Assembly: GCA_017523925.1 (NCBI GenBank)
Contig: JAFWVQ010000027.1
Span: forward strand, 5,018 to 69,017
Direction: 5' to 3'
Origin: Clostridia bacterium
GTDB lineage: Bacteria > Bacillota > Clostridia > Christensenellales > CAG-138
DNA length: 64,000 nt
The notes beneath the pieces were generated by a model. That model was not told where the DNA came from. It saw only the letters and a program-made list of their open reading frames with translations, and made no database searches. Position 1 is the stretch's first letter; every line of letters starts with the position of its first letter. The position numbers were made by a program, and so were the translations under genes. Shown here piece after piece: positions 18,259 to 26,187 of this stretch.

Positions 18259-20385
18259 TCACTCCTTTTTATCAAAAATAGAATCAAAATCGGTAGCACT
18301 AACTATGAGCGGATCGATCCACCATTCATAATTGCTTCGTCCGATATTTGGCAAGCAATAGTAGTATTCATCTATTTGATAGTAAAACTCAGTGAGAATG
18401 TTTATGGTTTTCATGTAGTCAAACTGACCGTTTGCATTCACATCGATGCGGATAGAGAAATTCGCGATCCGGCATTGATCATTACTCTCACTATTGCTAA
18501 CATACCTTCCGGTAATAGGGTAGACCGAGGAATTAAAGTCGCCTTTAGACTCGTTCTTTTCAAACGAGCCGGTAGTCAGAAACTCGAGTATGCCAAGAAG
18601 TTGTTTTGTTTGTTCCTCGCGTTCGAGCAAAACTATGTCAGATGAAAGGCTAAGCTGCCTTTTATCAATAACGGAGTTTCTTCCAAGAACACACTTGAGC
18701 GCCTTGCGTAATTCGATACTGTTGTCCACTTGATCGATAAATCTTACGAACGCATCAATTGCAAAAGCCAGGTTATCCCCGCTGTTTCCCGTTTGATGGC
18801 ACAAATAATCATTCTTGTAAGCAGACTCCGCTGCCTCCAAAAATGCTTTTTGGAATCTCTTTTGCGTTTCCTTTATTGTTTCAGCAGAAGGCATGCTGTC
18901 GTAGCAATCAGCATCATACTCGATTTTTTCATAGCCGTATGCGATAACTCCGCGATAAAAGCAGCATGTCTTTATCAGCAGCTGAGCGCATGCATCCTGC
19001 GCTGCATCAAGACTTCTGTCGTTATTGATATCCTCTATCACATCAGAGACCCTAAATACTCTTGCTTCGCTCTCTCTGGAGTTCGCCAACAGCGTTGAAA
19101 GGATATAATTCGCCTGCATTTCTGCAAGCTCCATACCCTGATACGCGCCGTAGTTCGTTCTGCGGTTTCTAATCAGGTGCTGATCAAGCTCCGAGTAATC
19201 AACCGGGCTTCTGGAAAAATCGATATATTTAAACCTGAGTTTACAGTTAAACCGGCTGTAAAGGTTCTTAATAATCGAATGAAACGCACTGGGATCGATG
19301 CAAAACAGGTCAAACAACACGTTCGAAGGTGAGCGCTCGATCAATTGCATGATTATCACGCTGTCAAGATCATATTCCTTGCCGGGATTAATGCCATATT
19401 TCTGCAGCACTTGATTTCTGAATAATGTATTGTCGCTTCTTCCCAACTCGTCAGAAATCGAAAGCGAAAGGTTCTTTAAGTACTTATAGTTGACGGTGTA
19501 TATGTTGCTTATTCCATCGGCGAGACGACCGCGGCTATTGAGAACCTCCTTCGCATTGGTTCCGGTGATAATGCTGCATATAGATTCAATGCCCTCCACA
19601 TCCGAAATGATATGTTCGCAATCATCGCTCTCCAAAATTTCAGGCAATGCATCAGCATGATAAACGATCATATATTTATCTGCATAATCCGGTGTAGAGT
19701 AGCATAATGAAAGCGAATGCGTCTTAGCATCAACTCTTTCAAGAAAATAGAACTGGTAATACCCTCGGCCGCAGTCATGAATGTACAGTCTATGGTCCGT
19801 ATATACTATCTTTTTCTCGAAAGTTTCTTCTATCTCAAAGAATGTTTCATGCTTTTCACCGCGAAGCGCTGTATTACCAATAAACGGAAGCGACTTGAGC
19901 AGTTTGCGGAACAGAGCTATCATGTCGGTTAGTGTGACGTCCTTCTCTGCTTTCGATGTTGACATCCAGTGGAGAATGCGCGGCGAATAGTCCAGCACAT
20001 TGAAGTCAGCAGAGATTCCCGACACATATTTATTCAAGCAGGATTCACGTCCAAGTGCCAAATCAAACTGGACATCCAACATTATATAGGTTATCAGCTC
20101 AAAGCTGATATCAAGATTATTGTAGATGCGGTCAATATTCTTTATCGCTCGCTTCGCATTGGGATTGAACGACTTTTTCTTCTCCTCAATATCTTCTTCA
20201 ACATTGAGCATCTCTTTGATGCAAGAGTACGCGTAAATAAACGATAAGTTGATCGTATTATTGATATAGCGATAATACGATTGAATATTATCAAAATCCG
20301 GTCTCTGCTTGCCAAAGATATAAAGCCAGATAAAATCATCTTTTACTACAGAACGATAATTATCCAAATCTGTGGCCGCGTTCAT
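18259..20385 (-). CDS. 708-aa protein of unknown function (island gene 4)
   Basis: Start ATG 20385 is preceded by AAAGGAGGAG, 2 nt after the upstream stop. No catalytic motif recognised. Confidence 0.75.
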   Translation of the reverse strand: MNAATDLDNYRSVVKDDFIWLYIFGKQRPDFDNIQSYYRYINNTINLSFIYAYSCIKEMLNVEEDIEEKKKSFNPNAKRAIKNIDRIYNNLDISFELITYIMLDVQFDLALGRESCLNKYVSGISADFNVLDYSPRILHWMSTSKAEKDVTLTDMIALFRKLLKSLPFIGNTALRGEKHETFFEIEETFEKKIVYTDHRLYIHDCGRGYYQFYFLERVDAKTHSLSLCYSTPDYADKYMIVYHADALPEILESDDCEHIISDVEGIESICSIITGTNAKEVLNSRGRLADGISNIYTVNYKYLKNLSLSISDELGRSDNTLFRNQVLQKYGINPGKEYDLDSVIIMQLIERSPSNVLFDLFCIDPSAFHSIIKNLYSRFNCKLRFKYIDFSRSPVDYSELDQHLIRNRRTNYGAYQGMELAEMQANYILSTLLANSRESEARVFRVSDVIEDINNDRSLDAAQDACAQLLIKTCCFYRGVIAYGYEKIEYDADCYDSMPSAETIKETQKRFQKAFLEAAESAYKNDYLCHQTGNSGDNLAFAIDAFVRFIDQVDNSIELRKALKCVLGRNSVIDKRQLSLSSDIVLLEREEQTKQLLGILEFLTTGSFEKNESKGDFNSSVYPITGRYVSNSESNDQCRIANFSIRIDVNANGQFDYMKTINILTEFYYQIDEYYYCLPNIGRSNYEWWIDPLIVSATDFDSIFDKKE

Positions 20386-20387
20386 CA

Positions 20388-21299
20388 CTACTCCTCCTTT
20401 TCCCCATATTTGCGGATCAAGCATGCGATCAGCTGATACATTTCAAGAGCTTCCTTTTCGTCTGCAGCAAGGGAATCTTGATCCAATGTAGCCAAGATCG
20501 ACTCCTTCCACAAGAACCTGCTCACAAGCGGTATTCCAAAAAGAGCGCCCTCCAAAGCATCGAAATGCAGCGTATTTCCCGTTTCGGGGAAACTATCGCG
20601 CAAAGCATCAACGATCCTAAGCTTAGCAGTAATAGGATAAACCTTATCATCAACAGTTGTCGTTGCTTTGGAAACAGCATTTGGCACAAGAATAACATCT
20701 TTATTTCTAATGCTTCTATTCATTCTCATGAAGTAGTCAAGCGTGCCTTCCTGGAACTGTATAGTAGGTCTCATACAGCAAACGATAACATCTGCATTTC
20801 CATTGCTGATAGTCGCAGTCTCTTGATCGCCAGCAGATGAATCAAAAATGATCGCAGCGCAATCATGACGCTCGCAGACCTCGATAACCGTTCCAATATG
20901 CCGCGAGTCGCGATGGGTCATATTCATATTAGTACCATCTCTGCCGACAGAAACACCTGCTTCGGCGGGAAGCAGGAGCACCGCGCCATCTTCGCAATTA
21001 AACTCCGCACCAACCTTGAGCAGTCCGGTAAAGAATCTATGCTCGTCCAATTGCCGCTTAGTCCGATTTCCTTCCGGAACGCCCTCAACCATGATCCGCT
21101 GAATCGAAAGGCTCTTTCCAACATTTTCACCTTGATGCAGCAGATATGTTAAGCCTGTGCTGTCAATGTCCATATCAAGAAGCACGATAGGATGATTGCT
21201 GTCTGCCTTAAGCTCTTTAACAAGAAACGGAACAATGTTTACAAGCGTAGAGCTTCTTCCGGAACCACCTTTGTAAGAGAAAAAAGATATTTTGTACAT
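20388..21299 (-). CDS. ParA/MinD-superfamily ATPase with variant P-loop KGGSGRSS
   Basis: N-terminus MYKISFFSYKGGSGRSSTL (deviant Walker A with Arg in place of the GK[ST] Lys). Walker A' VLLDMDIDSTG. Walker B AIIFDSSAG. Confidence 0.8.
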   Translation of the reverse strand: MYKISFFSYKGGSGRSSTLVNIVPFLVKELKADSNHPIVLLDMDIDSTGLTYLLHQGENVGKSLSIQRIMVEGVPEGNRTKRQLDEHRFFTGLLKVGAEFNCEDGAVLLLPAEAGVSVGRDGTNMNMTHRDSRHIGTVIEVCERHDCAAIIFDSSAGDQETATISNGNADVIVCCMRPTIQFQEGTLDYFMRMNRSIRNKDVILVPNAVSKATTTVDDKVYPITAKLRIVDALRDSFPETGNTLHFDALEGALFGIPLVSRFLWKESILATLDQDSLAADEKEALEMYQLIACLIRKYGEKEE

Positions 21300-21330
21300 T
21301 TTTATTTACCTCAACCAATAGTTTTCTAAG

Positions 21331-23493
21331 TTAATTAAAGTCCTTATCTCCTATAGCATCGGAGATAAAGCTCGCAGCCTTTTTATCCAGCACTTTAACA
21401 AAGCGCTGAGAAATGCCCTTGACTCTGGGGTCGTCAACAAAGGTGTAATTCAGCTTATCCTTAACAATCGAAGCAAACGCAATGATAAGCATCTTCTTTA
21501 TCGCATCGAAGAAAGCCGACTCGGCCGGGAAGTCTTCTTCAACGAGATCTCCACCGATAATTTGCTGAAAAACGTCAGCATCCAACCGATCCACACCATC
21601 CACGACCCATGACAAAAGGTTCGCTTTTATCTCTTCATGAATAAGATTCTTTACCACCTTCTCAAGCTCGGACTCTTGAGATTGCAAGGAAAGGATCTGT
21701 TCTTGTAATCTGACGTTTTCACTTTCGAGTTTGTTATTCTGTTCAGTCAGCTTGAATATCTCGCCTGTTCTTCTAAGCTCATGCAAGTAAGACGTGCGTA
21801 AAGAGGCCTTGTATTCTTCGTTATCATGGTCAATGGCGGTGAATCGTGTTTCATACTCATCAATATATTTATAAAAGCTTGACAGCGAAATCAAATAGTA
21901 ATAATTTGATGTGACCTGGTACTCTCCGCACTCCCACACCCAAATATAGTTACTATCATCATCCATCGATCTTTTTTTCATAATGAGATCGTCAAGATAT
22001 TTAATCATGTCATACTGAGGGTACTTCGCCAAGAACTCGCTAATCAAGTTGTTTGTTTTTACGAGCAGCGGCGAGATAGTAAACGTTTTAATACGTTTTT
22101 TTCTTAACTCCTGGCTCTTTTTGCTAAACTCCCCTTCAAAAGTCTCGTTGCAGCTGATAACAAAATCGTTGATAACATAGTCTTTCTGCTTGGCCTGAAG
22201 CATTTTGCTGTAACGTATCGTTCTCTGCAATGCCGCCTGCAAGGTTTCCAGCAGATTGTCGTACTCACTTTGAATACGACTCATTTCATCATCATCGACC
22301 GCTCTTGCGATCCTGTCGTTAAGCTCTTCATCGAGTCCACCGGTAATAACGTTATTAATGACGAATAAATTGTTAAACAGCGCATCGCTAGAAGAGCTGT
22401 TCTCGATTATTGATTGTTCAACAACTGCTGAAAGATTGCTATTATAAAACTTGGTGTCAATTCCATCCTTCACAAGCGCCCAAGAATTCCTTGCTGCCAG
22501 CTTAACTTGCTTTTCAAGCTGATAGAAGATATCGTCATCGCCATTGATATGCTCAAAAAGCCTTTTCTTCATTCTATACTCGTCGCTGTCTGCATTGATG
22601 CTTTCGTATGCTACTCTATCATCATTAGACAGATACATGTTATAGTCGAAGCTGTTATCGGATGAATCAACATGTTCGCTTTTGATTTGCGCAATTTTCT
22701 CCTCAATATTGTGCTTATCAATGACCTTCTTAAAAGCATCGAAAATGTCAAGATAACACTCACTGACGGCATATGTAAAGTAGAGAGAAGGTTCAGAACA
22801 GCCTTTGGTGAAGTTCCAACCCTGAGAAAGCTTTTTCTCATTTTTGTCTGTTATATCGATAAAGCTCTTGGTGAGGTACTTTATGCAGTAAGAGACAATG
22901 TCCAACATTTTTTGTTGAACGCCATAGGAAAAAGAGACCTCTGCATTTGAAGAAGCCGCAGGATTATCGCCTGCTCTTAATTCGCAGAAATTCAGCGCAC
23001 CAAGCAGAGCGGAGACGACCCAAGTCATTGAATCGATATATGCGTATTCGGCATTAAACGCTTCCACATTATACGGAGAAGCATCAAAAATGAACGTCCC
23101 ATCCTTGCCGGAAACTCTTTTTATTATTGAATCGATTGTTCTTTCATAGATCTCCTTAAGCTTGGCAGCGTCAGCGTCATCTAAAATCGAAAATACTCTG
23201 TAATCACCGATAAGGACGTCCAAGCTGCATGCGCCTTGAGCCTGGGTCAACAAACCCGACTCGTGCAAATCATCAGAAAGAAAAAACCCGATATTCTCAT
23301 CATATTTGTCAAGCAACTCGGCATAAATATACATGCCAATCGTCTCGCGTTGCTCATAATCGAAGAATATCGTGCCTTCTTGACGGTCTCTAACTACACC
23401 AAGCAATGCCTTTGTCAAGTCATTGATATTTGGATTTAACAGCTTTTGGTTTATTGCTTCCAACTCGCTATTTCTAAGTTTAAGCTTATCCAT
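21331..23493 (-). CDS. 720-aa protein of unknown function with C-terminal coiled coil (island gene 2)
   Basis: SD GGGAGAG lies 5 nt upstream of the ATG. A heptad-rich stretch LTEQNNKLESENVRLQEQILSLQSQESELEKVV spans about aa 572-625. Confidence 0.75.
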   Translation of the reverse strand: MDKLKLRNSELEAINQKLLNPNINDLTKALLGVVRDRQEGTIFFDYEQRETIGMYIYAELLDKYDENIGFFLSDDLHESGLLTQAQGACSLDVLIGDYRVFSILDDADAAKLKEIYERTIDSIIKRVSGKDGTFIFDASPYNVEAFNAEYAYIDSMTWVVSALLGALNFCELRAGDNPAASSNAEVSFSYGVQQKMLDIVSYCIKYLTKSFIDITDKNEKKLSQGWNFTKGCSEPSLYFTYAVSECYLDIFDAFKKVIDKHNIEEKIAQIKSEHVDSSDNSFDYNMYLSNDDRVAYESINADSDEYRMKKRLFEHINGDDDIFYQLEKQVKLAARNSWALVKDGIDTKFYNSNLSAVVEQSIIENSSSSDALFNNLFVINNVITGGLDEELNDRIARAVDDDEMSRIQSEYDNLLETLQAALQRTIRYSKMLQAKQKDYVINDFVISCNETFEGEFSKKSQELRKKRIKTFTISPLLVKTNNLISEFLAKYPQYDMIKYLDDLIMKKRSMDDDSNYIWVWECGEYQVTSNYYYLISLSSFYKYIDEYETRFTAIDHDNEEYKASLRTSYLHELRRTGEIFKLTEQNNKLESENVRLQEQILSLQSQESELEKVVKNLIHEEIKANLLSWVVDGVDRLDADVFQQIIGGDLVEEDFPAESAFFDAIKKMLIIAFASIVKDKLNYTFVDDPRVKGISQRFVKVLDKKAASFISDAIGDKDFN

Positions 23494-23504
23494 ATCATCT
23501 CTCC

Positions 23505-24578
23505 CTACATCATTATTTCAACAACAGGACGAATCCCGTATTTAGAGTCTTTTCTCAAGCCGAGTTTATCAACATTTGCGCCACTTACATACATAAGTTT
23601 ATTCTGCTGATTTCTGATGTTGACGCTGCTTAGCCAAAACTTACCTTCGGTTGGATTAATGCCGCCATTGCCATTATACTTTTCGTATTCTTCATAAGAC
23701 AATGTTCCTATACTGCCAACGATCCTTGATTTCTCCGCATCCGTAAAAGCGATCTTGTAAAAAAAGTCATTCAACCATCTCTCGATACTGTTGCCCGGTA
23801 TCTGATCCAAAACCGCTTCGGAAATCATTTTCATTTTTCCATCGTAATAGTCAAGTATCATCCACTTGATTTCTTCGGCAATACGAACGGAGCCATCGTC
23901 AAGCTTTATATATCGAACACCTCTGCGCTCTTCAAAAACATTGGTATTTAACAACAATACATTCGTAACACTTGCAGCGCCATAAAATGTTCCAAAGGTG
24001 TATCTCCCATATTCATCAAGCTTATTCTCAGAGTTAAGCTGATTCATAATGGCCTCAGTATTGATAATAACTCCACACTCAAACAAATTCTTATATAGGA
24101 CTTCATAATAGCTCTCCAGTGCATCCCCTGTTCTTATAATAGGTATTTTTTCATCAGGAAATAATTTTGAAATCCTCGCGATCCTTGACAACGGAAGTAT
24201 TTTTCTAAGGTCAGCATCTCCTGCCCTAACATAAACATTTCTTATCAATTCATGTATAGATCTCCCACCGACCAGAACTGCAATCAAAAAAAACTCGCTG
24301 TTTTCCTTTTTTCTCTCAAGGACTAGTGACATCTCGTTCTCAACCGCTTCGCTGCTTAGCGAGTCTAGGCAGATATAAAACAAGGCGCCCTTACAATTCT
24401 TATCAAATATTGCAGTTCTAGCACGTTCTATCCAAGTGTCGTCAGTTGCCCTCATTCCATCACGATCTATCCAGTAATTAGCGTAAAGATCATCAAGCTT
24501 TTTAAGATCCTCACCAACGGCAAGGTTCTTTTGGCTGTAGCTAATGAAAAAGAATTTTTCAGAATGATTCGTAGGCAT
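23505..24578 (-). CDS. TIR-domain protein with DUF6273-like C-terminal domain
   Basis: N-terminus KFFFISYSQKN ... WIDRDGMRATDDTWIERARTAIFDKNCKGALFYICLDSLSSEAVENEM (TIR beta-A, BB-loop and S..x..E motifs). C-terminus IKWMILD...ERWLNDFFYKIAFTDAEKSRI...KFWLSSVN...YGIRPVVEI. Confidence 0.75.
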   Translation of the reverse strand: MPTNHSEKFFFISYSQKNLAVGEDLKKLDDLYANYWIDRDGMRATDDTWIERARTAIFDKNCKGALFYICLDSLSSEAVENEMSLVLERKKENSEFFLIAVLVGGRSIHELIRNVYVRAGDADLRKILPLSRIARISKLFPDEKIPIIRTGDALESYYEVLYKNLFECGVIINTEAIMNQLNSENKLDEYGRYTFGTFYGAASVTNVLLLNTNVFEERRGVRYIKLDDGSVRIAEEIKWMILDYYDGKMKMISEAVLDQIPGNSIERWLNDFFYKIAFTDAEKSRIVGSIGTLSYEEYEKYNGNGGINPTEGKFWLSSVNIRNQQNKLMYVSGANVDKLGLRKDSKYGIRPVVEIMM

Positions 24579-24708
24579 CTACCCCTCCGTTTTGGAGCAC
24601 ATCAGCATCTGAACTCCCAAATACAACAGCTCTGCCAGTGTACTACATTTCAACGAATAATGCGATCTTTGTTTTTTCGGATATTCCGCAATTATATCGC
24701 TCAGCAAT

Positions 24709-24737
24709 ATAATATCATATTATCTCACATAATTCAA
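24709..24737 (-). promoter_or_regulatory. candidate promoter of the island operon, TTGAAT-17-TATTAT
   Basis: The minus strand reads TTGAATtatgtgagataatatgaTATTAT, about 130 nt upstream of ATG 24578. Confidence 0.4.
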
Positions 24738-24742
24738 GGCAT

Positions 24743-24764
24743 CTGAGTAAAAGATTATACTCAG
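24743..24764. promoter_or_regulatory. 7-bp inverted repeat CTGAGTA-N8-TACTCAG overlapping a second TATAAT box
   Basis: Read directly. Sits just upstream of the -35 of the candidate promoter. Confidence 0.35.
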
Positions 24765-24797
24765 CGAAAACCTCGAATTTTCAAATTAAATTCAACA

Positions 24798-24826
24798 GTG
24801 CAGCTTGCTTTGAGACGAAGCTGCAC
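24798..24826 (-). terminator. hairpin GTGCAGCTT-N11-AAGCTGCAC followed on the minus strand by an AT/T-rich run
   Basis: 9-bp perfect stem at the right edge of the low-GC block. Confidence 0.4.
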
Positions 24827-25117
24827 TTACCCTGAGAAGGAAAATCCGGTGGCATTTCGTTTTAGAAAGAAGTTTTTCAAATAAATGCAAAGCAACAATC
24901 TAAAACGCCAGCATCCGACCTTGGGCGATCTCATTGAGATGCAAGAATGTCCTCCGCTTTTAAAGACCGGTTTGTATGCGGTGTCTTCGGCAAAAGAGCA
25001 AGTGCTGCTGCCGTAATCGCAGTAGATGCATTCAACAGAGAACGCTCCAGCAGGGTATGCCGAGCCACTAAAAGAAGCTCGCAGCGGCGTCGAACTAAAC
25101 AAGTTGAATTTTTCCGT

Positions 25118-25146
25118 CAAAAAAGGCCTCCGCTATCGCGGAAGCC
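25118..25146 (-). terminator. rho-independent terminator of the fructokinase/GH32 operon
   Basis: The minus strand reads GGCTTCCGC-GATA-GCGGAGGCC followed by TTTTTTG. Confidence 0.85.
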
Positions 25147-25203
25147 TTAATGCAGGCGCTATTGATCCTTTGCTTTACATTCCTGCCGCATCTGTTCGGT
25201 GCA

Positions 25204-26187
25204 TCAGCCGTTATTCGGGCTGTTTTGTTCGAGCAGCGATTCGATCTCGCTCAGCTCCGGCAGGGAGCGGATGACGCCGCGCCTGGTGGTAACTATATAG
25301 GCGGCGGCATTGGCGAAGCGGAGCATGTTTTCGAGGCTCGCGGCGCTTCTGTTTGCCATGCCGTTGTCGAGCACGTCGTTCAGCACACAAGCGCCGAAGG
25401 TATCGCCCGCGCCGGTGGTCTCGATCGTGCCGCCGAGCGTGAACGCGGGCACGAATACGCGAAGGTCGTCATAATAGCAATAGCTGCCCTCGGCGCCTGC
25501 CGTCACGTTCAGCAGTTTGATATTCGGGAAGGCGGACTTGAGCGCGGCCGCGCCCCTGTCGAAATCGGTCTCGCCCGTCATGAATTCAAGCTCGTTGTCC
25601 GCGATCTTGAGGATATCGCATTGCCCGAGGCCCCATGCTATGCACTCCTTAGCAAGCTCGAGGCTCGGCCAAAGAGGCGGGCGAAGATTGGGATCGAACG
25701 AGATCAGTGCTCCCGCGTTTTTTGCGATGCTTATCGCCTTTTCGGTCGCCCTGCGAACGCCCTCATGCGTCATGGAGAGCGTTCCGAAATGGAATATGCG
25801 GCAGCTTTCTATTATCGAAACGGGAAGCTCGTCCTCCCTGAGCATCATGTCCGCGCCGGGGTTCCTGTAGAAGGAGAAATCGCGGTCCCCGTTCTCAAGG
25901 CGATGCACGATCGCAAGGGTGGTGTGAACGCTTTCATCGCTCAGAAGACCTGTGGTGTCGATGCCCGCGTCGCTTGCGGTTTTGCGAAGCTGATCGCCGT
26001 ACACGTCCCTGCCGATCTTGCCGATGAACGCTGTGCGCCGCCCGAGCTTGTTGAGCATTGCGAGCACGTTGCAGGGCGCTCCGCCGGGGTTTGCCTCCCA
26101 AAGCGGATTGCCCTGATCGCTAATGCCGCATTCGGTGAAATCTATAAGCATCTCGCCAATGGCGCATACATCGAACCTGTCTGCCAT
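25204..26187 (-). CDS. PfkB-family carbohydrate kinase (fructokinase-like)
   Basis: N-terminus VCAIGEMLIDF...GGAPCNVLAML and C-terminus TTGAGDTFGA are PfkB signatures. Last gene of the sucrose/fructan operon. Confidence 0.85.
   Translation of the reverse strand: MADRFDVCAIGEMLIDFTECGISDQGNPLWEANPGGAPCNVLAMLNKLGRRTAFIGKIGRDVYGDQLRKTASDAGIDTTGLLSDESVHTTLAIVHRLENGDRDFSFYRNPGADMMLREDELPVSIIESCRIFHFGTLSMTHEGVRRATEKAISIAKNAGALISFDPNLRPPLWPSLELAKECIAWGLGQCDILKIADNELEFMTGETDFDRGAAALKSAFPNIKLLNVTAGAEGSYCYYDDLRVFVPAFTLGGTIETTGAGDTFGACVLNDVLDNGMANRSAASLENMLRFANAAAYIVTTRRGVIRSLPELSEIESLLEQNSPNNG

Larger units (their letters stand above)
17340..24830 (-). other. low-GC genomic island carrying a five-gene operon (candidate conflict/defence system)
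   Basis: Hand GC counts give about 42% on lines 18301 and 22381 versus about 70% on line 25381. Codon usage is A/T-rich and the gene content is foreign to the backbone. Confidence 0.8.

Noticed and set aside
24840-24860. GGTGGCATTTCG, resembling the T-box GGTGGTACCGCG core.
   Set aside because: The match is only partial. There is no specifier/antiterminator architecture, and no aminoacyl-tRNA-synthetase or amino-acid gene lies downstream on that strand.
24827-25120. 97-aa Cys-containing ORF between the fructokinase terminator and the island.
   Set aside because: It starts with TTG inside the terminator U-tract, has no SD and matches no recognisable family. It is kept only as part of an unassigned segment.
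26142-26187. 46-nt overlap between the GH32 gene end and the fructokinase start, considered as a possible mis-call or frameshift.
   Set aside because: Both frames are intact with conserved termini (MADRFDVCAIGEMLIDF is a typical PfkB N-terminus). Overlaps of this size occur in coupled operons.
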